44,457 nt of DNA from a virus (Duplodnaviria; Heunggongvirae; Uroviricota; Caudoviricetes). How positions within the stretch are numbered: the stretch's first letter is position 1; every line of letters starts with the position of its first letter. Positions 18,553 through 31,803 of this stretch are shown here, piece by piece. The translations under genes and the position numbers were made by a program. The DNA lies in IMG/VR virus record IMGVR_UViG_2531839331_000012. One strand, given 5' to 3'. Below the pieces are notes generated by a model, which made no database searches, had not been told where the DNA came from, and worked only from the letters and a program-made list of their open reading frames with translations.

Positions 18553-18690
18553 TCCATTTTTTGAGTCTCGATATTAGCTGATAACCCAATACCTGAGTTA
18601 TTCACTGACTCCGAGTCTGTTACGTTTCTGCTTTTTTGCGATACGTTGTATTCCCTCAATTTACACCCGCTTTGTCTGCGAGGTGGGGTT

Positions 18691-18906
18691 ATGAAATCCA
18701 TGGATAAGTTAACAACGGGTGTCGCCTATGGCACCTCAGCAGGTAGTGCCGGTTACTGGTTTTTACAGCTGCTCGATAAAGTCACGCCCTCACAGTGGGC
18801 AGCAATAGGTGTGCTGGGTAGCTTGGTATTTGGCCTGCTGACGTACCTGACAAACCTTTATTTCAAGATTAAAGAAGATAAGCGCAAGGCTGCGAGAGGT
18901 GAATAA
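18691..18906 (+). CDS. essD: Class II holin / pinholin (S21-type)
   Basis: 71 aa from ATG 18691 with dual-start MKSM motif, two TM segments, charged C-terminus; SD GAGGTGGGG. Confidence 0.9.
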
Positions 18907-19403
18907 TGCCTCCATCATTACGAAAAGCCGTTGCTGCTGCTATTGGTGGCGGAGCAATTGCTATAGCATCAGTGTTAATCACTGGCCCAAGTGGTAACGA
19001 TGGTCTGGAAGGTGTCAGCTACATACCATACAAAGATATCGTTGGCGTATGGACTGTATGTCACGGGCATACAGGAAAAGACATCATTCCCGGTAAAACG
19101 TATACCGAAGCAGAATGCAAAGCCCTCCTGAATAAAGACCTTGCCACGGTAGCCAGACAAATTAACCCGTACATCAAAGTCGATATACCGGAAACAACGC
19201 GCGGCGCTCTTTACTCGTTCGTCTATAACGTGGGCGCAGGCAATTTCAGAACATCTACTCTTCTTCGCAAAATAAACCAGGGCGATATCAAGGGCGCATG
19301 TGACCAGCTACGTCGCTGGGCATACGCTGGCGGTAAGCAATGGAAAGGCCTGATGACTCGTCGTGAGATTGAGCGTGAGGTCTGTTTGTGGGGGCAACAA
19401 TGA
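18906..19403 (+). CDS. rrrD: SAR endolysin (T4-lysozyme-like, GH24) with N-terminal signal-anchor-release domain
   Basis: 165-aa ORF; Gly/Ala-rich SAR TM ([20 protein letters not shown]); E...D...T catalytic spacing. Confidence 0.9.
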   Translation: MPPSLRKAVAAAIGGGAIAIASVLITGPSGNDGLEGVSYIPYKDIVGVWTVCHGHTGKDIIPGKTYTEAECKALLNKDLATVARQINPYIKVDIPETTRGALYSFVYNVGAGNFRTSTLLRKINQGDIKGACDQLRRWAYAGGKQWKGLMTRREIEREVCLWGQQ

Positions 19404-19867
19404 GCAGGGTAACCGCGATTATCTCCGCTCTGGTTATCTGCATCATCGTCTGCCTGTCATGGGCTGTTAATCATTACCGTGATAATGCAATCGCCTACAA
19501 AGAACAGCGCGATAACAAGGCCAGTGAACTGGAGAAGGCGAACGCCACCATTACTGACATGCAGCAGCGCCAGCGTGATGCTGATGCACTCGATGATAAA
19601 TACACGAAGGAGTTAGCTGATGCGAAAGCTGAAAATGATGCTCTTCGGCGCAAGCTTGATAATGGTGGTCGGGTGCTCGTCAAAGGAAAATGCCCTGTGC
19701 CATCCTCAGCCGAAACCTCCAGCGCCTCCGGCATGGGCAATGATGCCACCGTCGAACTCTCTCCAGTTGCTGGACGAAACGTTCTCGGTATCCGGGACGG
19801 AATTATCCGCGACCAAACAGCACTGAGAACGCTTCAGGAATACATCAGGACGCAATGCCTTCGATGA
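19400..19867 (+). CDS. rzpD: Rz inner-membrane spanin subunit
   Basis: 155 aa from ATG 19400; N-terminal TM then coiled-coil-like region. Confidence 0.85.
   Translation: MSRVTAIISALVICIIVCLSWAVNHYRDNAIAYKEQRDNKASELEKANATITDMQQRQRDADALDDKYTKELADAKAENDALRRKLDNGGRVLVKGKCPVPSSAETSSASGMGNDATVELSPVAGRNVLGIRDGIIRDQTALRTLQEYIRTQCLR
19620..19826 (+). CDS. rzoD: Rz1 outer-membrane lipoprotein spanin subunit, embedded in +1 frame of Rz
   Basis: 68-aa ORF inside Rz; lipobox MVVGC; proline-rich. Confidence 0.8.
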   Translation: MRKLKMMLFGASLIMVVGCSSKENALCHPQPKPPAPPAWAMMPPSNSLQLLDETFSVSGTELSATKQH

Positions 19868-20040
19868 TAGCGATAATTTTACTCATCATCCTTCACATCT
19901 GGCTCTGTAGACAGGGGGGTGCTCACTTCTGGAGTGAATCCAGATTAAACATCTCATTGCTGATGCTTGATATTGAGCATTTTGCGCGCGGTAAGGGGCT
20001 GCGTTGAGATAAGAACCAGTCATTACAAATACCAGGATTT

Positions 20041-20066
20041 AGCCTCGCATTCGCGGGGCTTTTTAT
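20041..20066 (+). terminator. Rho-independent terminator after lysis cassette (AGCCTCGC-ATTC-GCGGGGCT + TTTT)
   Basis: Hairpin with one G-U pair followed by T tract. Confidence 0.55.
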
Positions 20067-20358
20067 TGCCATTACAAAAGCCACTTCCTACAGAGTGGCT
20101 TTGATAATGGTTTATACCCTACACGGGATAACTTAACTGATATCCCTTTTAAAGGATAAAGGTATTCAAGCCTGACACATCATGCGCTGTATCGTCGCCG
20201 TATTCCCGTATTAACAGAGACCGTAGCCCGACGGGGAACTCCTTCTGCGCGAGTGTGCGGGAATAATCAAAAACGATGCACACCGGGGTTACCGGGTACA
20301 CATATTTCATCATGCCAGCGAGTCCGGTTCTGGCACGGAAGAAACCGGACGTTATGAT

Positions 20359-20769
20359 TTAGTGCGGAAATATTTGTGTAGTGTTCTGAATGTTCTCAGT
20401 AAAGAGTAATGAATTATCAAAGGTATAGTAATACCTTTTGTTTTCGTGGATATTTGTAATCCATCTGAAAACCCCTGCTGTAGCAAGATTTTTCCTGTAT
20501 TCGTAAAATGATAACTCTCCTGATTTGAATCCTTTTAAGGTGGCTTCTATAAGGCATTTATTTTTTGAAAATCTTACATTTACAACCTTACCCTGTCCTT
20601 TTATTAAAACCGTATTATCGTTTTCAAGAACAAGATGAATATTCTCTGTAGCTAAATAGTAAATGTAATGTGAGACATTGTGACGTTTTAGTTCAGAATA
20701 AAACCAGTGATAGTTTAAATTATTTCGCACTTTATCGAATATTTGTTTAAAAATGGCAACCTGAGCCAT
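20359..20769 (-). CDS. ybcV: YbcV-like hypothetical protein
   Basis: 136 aa from ATG 20769 (SD GGAAGG); AT-rich; resembles recalled DLP12 YbcV. Confidence 0.6.
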   Translation of the reverse strand: MAQVAIFKQIFDKVRNNLNYHWFYSELKRHNVSHYIYYLATENIHLVLENDNTVLIKGQGKVVNVRFSKNKCLIEATLKGFKSGELSFYEYRKNLATAGVFRWITNIHENKRYYYTFDNSLLFTENIQNTTQIFPH

Positions 20770-20825
20770 TGTAGTACCTTCCATGTGATATGAGGGGCGT
20801 AGTCTGCACGATTATCTAAATTGCT

Positions 20826-21059
20826 TCAATCTGGTCTGATCTGTTTTCTGAGCAATTCAGTAATGTCACTCTTTTCTTTGTTTGCTTCAGGAGAAACTCT
20901 TTTTTCTGAGCACAGTCTCCGGCGGCAGGCTTCAATGACCCAGGCTGAGAAATTCCCGGACCCTTTTTGATCAAGAGCGATGTTAATTTGTTCAATCATT
21001 TGGTTAGGAAAGCGGATGTTGCGGATTGTTGTTCTGCGGGTTCTGTTCTTCGTTGACAT
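20826..21059 (-). CDS. Hypothetical small DNA-binding-like protein (YbcW position)
   Basis: 77-aa ORF, basic N-terminus; no firm family assignment. Confidence 0.4.
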   Translation of the reverse strand: MSTKNRTRRTTIRNIRFPNQMIEQINIALDQKGSGNFSAWVIEACRRRLCSEKRVSPEANKEKSDITELLRKQIRPD

Positions 21060-21257
21060 GAGGTTGTCCCGTATTTAGTGTCGCTGATTTGTATTGTCTG
21101 AAGTTGTTTTTACGTTAAGTTGATGCAGATCAATTAATATGATACCTGCGTCATAATTGATTATTTGACGTGGTTTGATGGCGTAGATGCACGTTGTGAC
21201 ATGCAGATGATAATTATTATCATTTTGCGGGTCCTTTCCGGCGATCCGACAGGTTAC

Positions 21258-21440
21258 GGGGCGGCGACCTCGCGGGTTTTCGCTATTTATGAAAAATTTC
21301 CGGTTTAAGGCGTTTCCGTTCTTCTTCGTCATAACTTAATGTTTTTATTTAAAATACCCTCTGAAAAGAAAGGAAACGACAGGTGCTGAAAGCGAGCTTT
21401 TTGGCCTCTGTCGTTTCCTTTCTCTGTTTTTGTCCGTGGA
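21258..21440 (+). other. cos site: cosN 12-nt cohesive end GGGCGGCGACCT (21258-21269) followed by cosB
   Basis: Sequence from 21258 matches the recalled lambda left end; about 150 bp upstream matches the recalled lambda right end. Confidence 0.95.
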
Positions 21441-21447
21441 ATGAACA

Positions 21448-21967
21448 ATGGAAGTCAACAAAAAGCAGCTGGCTGACATTTTCGGTGCGAGTATCCGTAC
21501 CATTCAGAACTGGCAGGAACAGGGAATGCCCGTTCTGCGAGGCGGTGGCAAGGGTAATGAGGTGCTTTATGACTCTGCCGCCGTCATAAAATGGTATGCC
21601 AAAAGGGATGCTGAAATTGAGAACGAAAAGCTGCGCCGGGAGGTTGAAGAACTGCGGCAGGCCAGCGAGGCAGATCTCCAGCCAGGGACTATTGAGTACG
21701 AACGCCATCGACTTACGCGTGCGCAGGCCGACGCACAGGAACTGAAGAATGCCAGAGACTCCGCTGAAGTGGTGGAAACCGCATTCTGTACTTTCGTGCT
21801 GTCGCGGATCGCAGGTGAAATTGCCAGTATTCTCGACGGGATCCCCCTGTCGGTGCAGCGGCGTTTTCCGGAACTGGAAAACCGACATGTTGATTTCCTG
21901 AAACGGGATATCATCAAAGCCATGAACAAAGCAGCCGCGCTGGATGAACTGATACCGGGGTTGCTGA

Positions 21968-21993
<26 letters not shown>
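21448..21993 (+). CDS. nu1: Terminase small subunit Nu1
   Basis: 181-aa ORF matching recalled lambda Nu1. Confidence 0.97.
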
Positions 21994-25674
<3,681 letters not shown>

Positions 25675-25694
<20 letters not shown>

Positions 25695-26994
25695 TCTCCC
25701 GCATATTGCCAGCATGGCTTTTAATGAGCCGCTGATGCTTGAACCCGCCTATGCGCGGGTTTTCTTTTGTGCGCTTGCAGGCCAGCTTGGGATCAGTCGC
25801 CTGACGGATGCAGTATCCGGCGACAGCCTGACTGCCGGAGAGGCACCCGCGGCGCTGGCGTTATCCGGTGATGATGACGGACCACGACAGGCCCGCAGTT
25901 ATCAGGTCATGAACGGCATCGCCGTGCTGCCGGTGTCCGGTACGCTGGTCAGCCGGACGCGGGCGCTGCAGCCGTATTCGGGAATGACCGGTTACAACGG
26001 CATTATCGCCCGTCTGCAACAGGCTGCCAGCGATCCGATGGTGGACGGCATTCTGCTCGATATGGACACACCGGGCGGGATGGTGGCGGGAGCATTTGAC
26101 TGTGCTGACATCATCGCCCGTGTGCGTGACATAAAGCCGGTATGGGCGCTGGCCAACGACATGAACTGCAGTGCAGGTCAGCTGCTTGCCAGCGCCGCCT
26201 CCCGGCGTCTGGTCACGCAGACCGCCCGGACAGGCTCCATCGGCGTCATGATGGCTCACAGTAATTACGGCGCTGCGCTGGAGAAACAGGGCGTGGAAAT
26301 CACGCTGATTTACAGCGGCAGCCATAAGGTGGATGGCAACCCCTACAGCCATCTACCGGGTGATGTCCGGGAGACACTGCAGTCCCGGATGGATGCAACC
26401 CGCCGGATGTTTGCGCAGAAGGTGTCGGCATATACCGGCCTGTCCGTGCAGGCTGTGCTGGATACCGAGGCTGCAGTGTACAGCGGTCAGGAGGCCATTG
26501 ATGCCGGACTGGCTGATGAACTTGTCAACAGCACCGATGCGATCACCGTTATGCGTGATGCACTGGATGCACGTAAATCCCGTCTCTCAGGAGGGCGAAT
26601 GACCAAAGAGACTCAATCAACAACTGTTTCAGCCACTGCTTCGCAGGCTGACGTTACTGACGTGGTGCAAGCGACGGAGGGCGAAAACGCCAGCGCGGCG
26701 CAGCCGGACGTGAACGCGCAGATCACCGCTGCGGTTGCGGCAGAAAACAGCCGCATTATGGGGATCCTCAACTGTGAGGAGGCTCACGGACGCGAAGAAC
26801 AGGCACGTGTGCTGGCCGAAACCCCCGGTATGACCGTGGAAACGGCCCGCCGCATTCTGGCAGCTGCACCACAGAGTGCACAGGCGCGCAGTGACACTGC
26901 GCTGGATCGTCTGATGCAGGGGGCACCGGCACCACTGGCTGCAGGTAACCCGGCATCTGATGCCGTTAACGATTTGCTGAACACACCAGTGTAA
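25675..26994 (+). CDS. C: Prohead protease/scaffold C (ClpP/SppA-like)
   Basis: 439 aa from GTG 25675; matches recalled lambda gpC. Confidence 0.95.
26389..26994 (+). CDS. nu3: Scaffolding protein Nu3 (in-frame internal start within C)
   Basis: ATG 26389 in C frame (MDATRRMFAQ...), same arrangement as lambda Nu3. Confidence 0.7.
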   Translation: MDATRRMFAQKVSAYTGLSVQAVLDTEAAVYSGQEAIDAGLADELVNSTDAITVMRDALDARKSRLSGGRMTKETQSTTVSATASQADVTDVVQATEGENASAAQPDVNAQITAAVAAENSRIMGILNCEEAHGREEQARVLAETPGMTVETARRILAAAPQSAQARSDTALDRLMQGAPAPLAAGNPASDAVNDLLNTPV

Positions 26995-27003
26995 GGGATG
27001 TTT

Positions 27004-27336
27004 ATGACGAGCAAAGAAACCTTTACCCATTACCAGCCGCTGGGCAACAGTGACCCGGCACATACGGCAACCGCGCCCGGCGGATTGAGTGCGAAAGCGC
27101 CTGCAATGACCCCGCTGATGCCGGATACCTCCACCCGTAAGCTGGTTGCGTGGGATGGCACCACCGACGGTACTGCCGTTGGCATTCTGGCGGTTGATGC
27201 TGACCAGACCAGCACCACGCTGACGTTCTACAAGTCCGGCACGTTCCGTTATGAGGATGTGCTCTGGCCGGAGGCTGCCAGCGACGAGACGAAAAAACGG
27301 ACCGCGTTTGCCGGAACGGCAATCAGCATCGTTTAA
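27004..27336 (+). CDS. D: Head decoration protein D
   Basis: 110 aa from ATG 27004, lambda gpD. Confidence 0.97.
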   Translation: MTSKETFTHYQPLGNSDPAHTATAPGGLSAKAPAMTPLMPDTSTRKLVAWDGTTDGTAVGILAVDADQTSTTLTFYKSGTFRYEDVLWPEAASDETKKRTAFAGTAISIV

Positions 27337-27357
27337 CCTTACCCTTCATCACTAAAG

Positions 27358-27378
27358 GCCGCCTGTGCGGCTTTTTTT
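27358..27378 (+). terminator. Hairpin + T7 between D and E (attenuator/terminator-like)
   Basis: GCCGC-CTGT-GCGGC followed by TTTTTTT. Confidence 0.45.
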
Positions 27379-27391
27379 ACGGGATTTTTTT

Positions 27392-28417
27392 ATGTCGATG
27401 TACACAACCGCCCAGCTGCTGGCGGCAAATGAGCAGAAATTTAAGTTTGATCCGCTGTTTCTGCGTCTCTTTTTCCGTGAGAGCTATCCCTTCACCACGG
27501 AGAAAGTCTATCTCTCACAAATTCCGGGACTGGTAAACATGGCGCTGTACGTTTCGCCGATTGTTTCCGGTGAGGTTATCCGTTCCCGTGGCGGCTCCAC
27601 CTCTGAATTTACGCCGGGATATGTCAAACCCAAGCATGAGGTGAATCCGCAGATGACCCTGCGTCGCCTGCCGGATGAAGATCCGCAGAATCTGGCGGAC
27701 CCGGCTTACCGCCGCCGTCGCATCATCATGCAGAACATGCGAGACGAAGAGCTGGCCATTGCTCAGGTCGAAGAGATGCAGGCAGTTTCTGCTGTGCTTA
27801 AGGGCAAATACACCATGACCGGTGAAGCCTTCGATCCGGTTGAGGTGGATATGGGCCGCAGTGCGGCGAACAACATCACACAGTCCGGTGGTACGGAGTG
27901 GAGCAAGCGTGACAAGTCCACGTATGACCCGACCGACGATATCGAAGCCTATGCGCTGAACGCCAGCGGCGTGGTGAATATCATCGTGTTTGATCCGAAA
28001 GGCTGGGCGCTGTTCCGTTCCTTCAAAGCCGTCAAGGAGAAGCTGGATACCCGTCGCGGCTCTCATTCCGAGCTGGAGACAGCGGTAAAAGACCTGGGCG
28101 AAGCGGTGTCCTATAAGGGGATGTATGGCGATACGGCGATCGTCGTGTATTCCGGACAGTACGTGGAAAACGACGTCAAAAAGAACTTCCTGCCGGACAA
28201 CACGATGGTGCTGGGGAACACTCAGGCACGCGGTCTGCGCACCTATGGCTGCATTCAGGATGCGGACGCACAGCGCGAAGGTATTAACGCCTCTGCCCGC
28301 TACCCGAAAAACTGGGTGACCACCGGCGATCCGGCGCGTGAGTTCACCATGATTCAGTCAGCACCGCTGATGCTGCTGGCTGATCCTGATGCGTTCGTGT
28401 CCGTACAACTGGCGTAA
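27392..28417 (+). CDS. E: Major capsid protein E
   Basis: 341 aa from ATG 27392, lambda gpE. Confidence 0.97.
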   Translation: MSMYTTAQLLAANEQKFKFDPLFLRLFFRESYPFTTEKVYLSQIPGLVNMALYVSPIVSGEVIRSRGGSTSEFTPGYVKPKHEVNPQMTLRRLPDEDPQNLADPAYRRRRIIMQNMRDEELAIAQVEEMQAVSAVLKGKYTMTGEAFDPVEVDMGRSAANNITQSGGTEWSKRDKSTYDPTDDIEAYALNASGVVNIIVFDPKGWALFRSFKAVKEKLDTRRGSHSELETAVKDLGEAVSYKGMYGDTAIVVYSGQYVENDVKKNFLPDNTMVLGNTQARGLRTYGCIQDADAQREGINASARYPKNWVTTGDPAREFTMIQSAPLMLLADPDAFVSVQLA

Positions 28418-28419
28418 TC

Positions 28420-28444
28420 ATGGCCCTTCGGGGCCATTTTCTCT
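28420..28444 (+). terminator. Hairpin + T-run after E (ATGGCCC-TTCG-GGGCCAT TTTT)
   Basis: Read directly. Confidence 0.45.
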
Positions 28445-28458
28445 CTGTGGAGGAGTCC

Positions 28459-28854
28459 ATGACGAAAGATGAACTGATTGCCCGTCTTCAGGTGCTGGGT
28501 GAGCAACTGAACCGTGATGTCAGCCTGACGGGGACGAAAGAAGAACTGGTGCTCCGTGTGGCAGAGCTGGAAGAGGAGCTTGATGACACGGATGACGCTG
28601 CCGGTCAGGACACATCTGTCAGCCCGGAAAATGCGCTGACCGGACATGAAAATGAGGTGGTATCAGCGCAGCCGGATACCGTGATTGATACGGCTGCTCT
28701 GGTCACGGTCGTGGCACTGGTGACGCTGCATACTGATGCACTTCACGCCACGCGGGATGAGCCTGTGGCATTTGTGCTGCCGGGAACGGCGTTTCGTGTC
28801 TCTGCCGGTGTGGCAGCCGAAATGACAGAACATGGCCTGGCCAGAATGCAATAA
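28459..28854 (+). CDS. FI: DNA-packaging/head assembly protein FI
   Basis: 131 aa from ATG 28459, lambda gpFI. Confidence 0.93.
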   Translation: MTKDELIARLQVLGEQLNRDVSLTGTKEELVLRVAELEEELDDTDDAAGQDTSVSPENALTGHENEVVSAQPDTVIDTAALVTVVALVTLHTDALHATRDEPVAFVLPGTAFRVSAGVAAEMTEHGLARMQ

Positions 28855-28865
28855 CGGGAGGCGCT

Positions 28866-29219
28866 GTGGCTGATTCCGATAACCTGTTCGATGCTGCCAT
28901 TGCCCGCGCCGATGAAACGATACGCGGGTACATGGGAACGTCAGCCACCATGACATCCGGTGAGCTGTCCGGTGCTGTGATACGTGGTGTTTTTGATGAC
29001 CCTGAAAATATCAGCTATGCCGGACAGGGGGTGCGCGTTGAAGGCTCCAGCCCGTCCCTGTTTGTCCGGACTGATGATGTGCGGCAGCTGCGGCGTGGAG
29101 ACACACTGACCATCGGCGAGGAAAACTTCTGGGTGGACCGGATTTCGCCGGATGATGGCGGAAGCTGTCATCTCTGGCTTGGGCGGGGCGTACCGCCTGC
29201 CGTTAACCGTCGCCGCTGA
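28866..29219 (+). CDS. FII: Head-tail connector protein FII
   Basis: 117 aa, GTG start, lambda gpFII. Confidence 0.93.
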   Translation: MADSDNLFDAAIARADETIRGYMGTSATMTSGELSGAVIRGVFDDPENISYAGQGVRVEGSSPSLFVRTDDVRQLRRGDTLTIGEENFWVDRISPDDGGSCHLWLGRGVPPAVNRRR

Positions 29220-29230
29220 AGGGGGGATGT

Positions 29231-29809
29231 ATGGCCATAAAAGGTCTTGAGCAGGCCGTTGAAAACCTCAGTCGTATCAGCAAAACGGCGGTGCCCGGTG
29301 CGTCAGCAATGGCCATTAACCGCGTTGCGTCATCCGCGATATCGCAGTCTGCGTCACAGGTTGCCCGTGAGACAAGGGTACGCCGGAAACTGGTAAAGGA
29401 AAGGGCCAGGCTGAAAAGGGCCACGGTTAAAAATCCGCAGGCCAGAATCAGGGTTAACCGGGGGGATTTGCCCGTAATCAAGCTGGGTAACGCGCGGGTT
29501 GTCCTGTCCCGACGCAGGCGTCGTAAAAAGGGGCAGCGTTCATCCCTGAAAGGTGGCGGCAGCGTGCTTGTGGTGGGAAACCGTCGTATTCCCGGCGCGT
29601 TTATTCAGCAACTGAAAAATGGCCGCTGGCATGTCATGCAGCGTGTGGCCGGGAAAAACCGTTACCCCATTGATGTGGTGAAAATCCCGATGGCGGTGCC
29701 GCTGACCACGGCGTTTAAACAGAATATTGAGCGGATACGGCGTGAGCGTCTTCCGAAAGAGCTGGGCTATGCGCTGCAGCATCAACTGAGGATGGTAATA
29801 AAGCGATGA
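29231..29809 (+). CDS. Z: Tail completion protein Z
   Basis: 192 aa, lambda gpZ. Confidence 0.95.
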   Translation: MAIKGLEQAVENLSRISKTAVPGASAMAINRVASSAISQSASQVARETRVRRKLVKERARLKRATVKNPQARIRVNRGDLPVIKLGNARVVLSRRRRRKKGQRSSLKGGGSVLVVGNRRIPGAFIQQLKNGRWHVMQRVAGKNRYPIDVVKIPMAVPLTTAFKQNIERIRRERLPKELGYALQHQLRMVIKR

Positions 29810-30201
29810 AACATACTGAACTCCGTGCAGCCGTACTGGATGCACTGGAGAAGCATGACACCGGGGCGACGTTTTTTGATGGTCGCCCCGCTGTTTTTGA
29901 TGAGGCGGATTTTCCGGCAGTTGCCGTTTATCTCACCGGCGCTGAATACACGGGCGAAGAGCTGGACAGCGATACCTGGCAGGCGGAGCTGCATATCGAA
30001 GTTTTCCTGCCTGCTCAGGTGCCGGATTCAGAGCTGGATGCGTGGATGGAGTCCCGGATTTATCCGGTGATGAGCGATATCCCGGCACCGTCAGATTTGA
30101 TCACCAGTATGGTGGCCAGTGGCTATGACTACCGGCGCGACGATGATGCGGGCCTGTGGAGTTCTGCCGATCTGACTTATGTCATTACCTATGAAATGTG
30201 A
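29806..30201 (+). CDS. U: Tail terminator protein U
   Basis: 131 aa, lambda gpU. Confidence 0.95.
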   Translation: MKHTELRAAVLDALEKHDTGATFFDGRPAVFDEADFPAVAVYLTGAEYTGEELDSDTWQAELHIEVFLPAQVPDSELDAWMESRIYPVMSDIPAPSDLITSMVASGYDYRRDDDAGLWSSADLTYVITYEM

Positions 30202-30208
30202 GGACGAT

Positions 30209-30949
30209 ATGCCTGTACCAAATCCAGCAATACCGGTGAAAGGTGCCGGAACCACCCTGTGGGTTTATAACGGGAGCGGCGACCCTTATGCGAACCCGCT
30301 TTCAGACGTTGACTGGTCGCGTCTGGCTAAAGTTAAAGACCTGACGCCCGGCGAACTGACCGCTGAGTCCTATGACGACAGTTATCTCGATGATGAAGAT
30401 GCGGACTGGACCGCGACCGGGCAGGGGCAGAAATCTGCCGGAGATACCAGCTTCACGCTGGCGTGGATGCCCGGAGAGCAGGGGCAGCAGGCGCTGCTGG
30501 CGTGGTTTAATGAAGGGGATACCCGTGCCTATAAAATCCGCTTCCCGAACGGCACGGTCGATGTGTTCCGTGGCTGGGTCAGCAGTATCGGTAAGGCGGT
30601 GACGGCGAAGGAAGTGATCACCCGTACGGTGAAGGTCACCAATGTGGGCCGTCCGTCAATGGCAGAAGATCGCAGTACGGTGACGGCGGCAACCGGCATG
30701 ACCGTGACGCCTGCCAGCACTTCGGTGGTGAAAGGGCAGAGCACCACGCTGACCGTGGCATTCCAGCCGGAAGGCGCAACCGACAAGAGCTTCCGTGCGG
30801 TGTCTGCGGATAAAACAAAAGCCACCGTGTCGGTCAGTGGTATGACCATCACCGTGAAAGGTGTTGCTGCAGGCAAGGTCAACATTCCGGTTGTATCCGG
30901 TAATGGTGAACTTGCTGTGGTTGCAGAAATCACCGTCACCGACAGTTAA
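30209..30949 (+). CDS. V: Major tail tube protein V
   Basis: 246 aa from ATG 30209, lambda gpV incl. C-terminal Ig-like domain. Confidence 0.95.
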   Translation: MPVPNPAIPVKGAGTTLWVYNGSGDPYANPLSDVDWSRLAKVKDLTPGELTAESYDDSYLDDEDADWTATGQGQKSAGDTSFTLAWMPGEQGQQALLAWFNEGDTRAYKIRFPNGTVDVFRGWVSSIGKAVTAKEVITRTVKVTNVGRPSMAEDRSTVTAATGMTVTPASTSVVKGQSTTLTVAFQPEGATDKSFRAVSADKTKATVSVSGMTITVKGVAAGKVNIPVVSGNGELAVVAEITVTDS

Positions 30950-30964
30950 TCCGGAGAGTCAGCG

Positions 30965-31387
30965 ATGTTCCTGAAAACCGAATCATTTGAATATAACGGT
31001 GTGAGCGTCACGCTTTCTGAACTGTCAGCCCTGCAGCGAATTGAGCATCTCGCCCTGCTGAAACGACAGGCAGAACAGGCGGGATCCAGTCTCAATCGAC
31101 AGGGGAGCGTGGAAGATCTCGTCAGAACCGGTGCTTTTCTGGTGGCGATGTCCCTGTGGCATAGCCATCCGCAGAAGACAAAGATGCCGTCCATGAATGA
31201 AGCCGTTAAACAAATTGAGCAGGAAGTGCTTACCACCTGGCCCACAGAGGCAATTTCTCATGCTGAAAACGTGGTGTACCGGCTGTCCGGTATGTATGAG
31301 TTTGTGGTGAATGATGCTCCTGAACAGACAGAGGACGCCGGGCCTGCAGAGCCTGTTTCTGCGGGAAAGTGTTCGATGGTGAGCTGA
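30965..31387 (+). CDS. G: Tail assembly chaperone G
   Basis: 140 aa, lambda gpG. Confidence 0.95.
   Translation: MFLKTESFEYNGVSVTLSELSALQRIEHLALLKRQAEQAGSSLNRQGSVEDLVRTGAFLVAMSLWHSHPQKTKMPSMNEAVKQIEQEVLTTWPTEAISHAENVVYRLSGMYEFVVNDAPEQTEDAGPAEPVSAGKCSMVS
31363..31369 (+). promoter_or_regulatory. Programmed -1 ribosomal frameshift slippery heptamer G GGA AAG (G to G-T fusion)
   Basis: GGGAAAG at 3' end of G with T ORF in -1 frame, as in lambda. Confidence 0.85.
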
Positions 31388-31803
31388 GTTTTGCCCTGAA
31401 ACTGGCGCGAGAGATGGGGCGACCCGACTGGCGTGCCATGCTTGCCGGGATGTCATCCACGGAGTATGCCGACTGGCACCGCTTTTACAGTACCCATTAT
31501 TTTCATGATGTTCTGCTGGATATGCACTTTTCCGGGCTGACGTACACCGTGCTCAGCCTGTTTTTCAGCGATCCGGATATGCATCCGCTGGATTTCAGTC
31601 TGCTGAACCGGCGTGAGGCTGACGAAGAGCCTGAAGATGATGTGCTGATGCAGAAAGCGGCAGGGCTTGCCGGAGGCGTCCGCTTTGGCCCGGACGGGAA
31701 TGAAGTTATCCCCGCTTCCCCGGATGTGGCGGACATGACGGAGGATGACGTAATGCTGATGACAGTATCAGAAGGGATCGCAGGAGGAGTCCGGTATGGC
31801 TGA
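31369..31803 (+). CDS. T: Tail assembly chaperone T (expressed as G-T frameshift fusion)
   Basis: 144-aa -1-frame ORF overlapping G end; lambda gpT. Confidence 0.9.
   Translation: MFDGELSFALKLAREMGRPDWRAMLAGMSSTEYADWHRFYSTHYFHDVLLDMHFSGLTYTVLSLFFSDPDMHPLDFSLLNRREADEEPEDDVLMQKAAGLAGGVRFGPDGNEVIPASPDVADMTEDDVMLMTVSEGIAGGVRYG

Noticed and set aside
21075-21332. 85-aa minus-strand ORF spanning cosN
   Set aside because: Crosses the cohesive-end site and the conserved lambda right-end/left-end junction; no RBS; lambda has no gene here.
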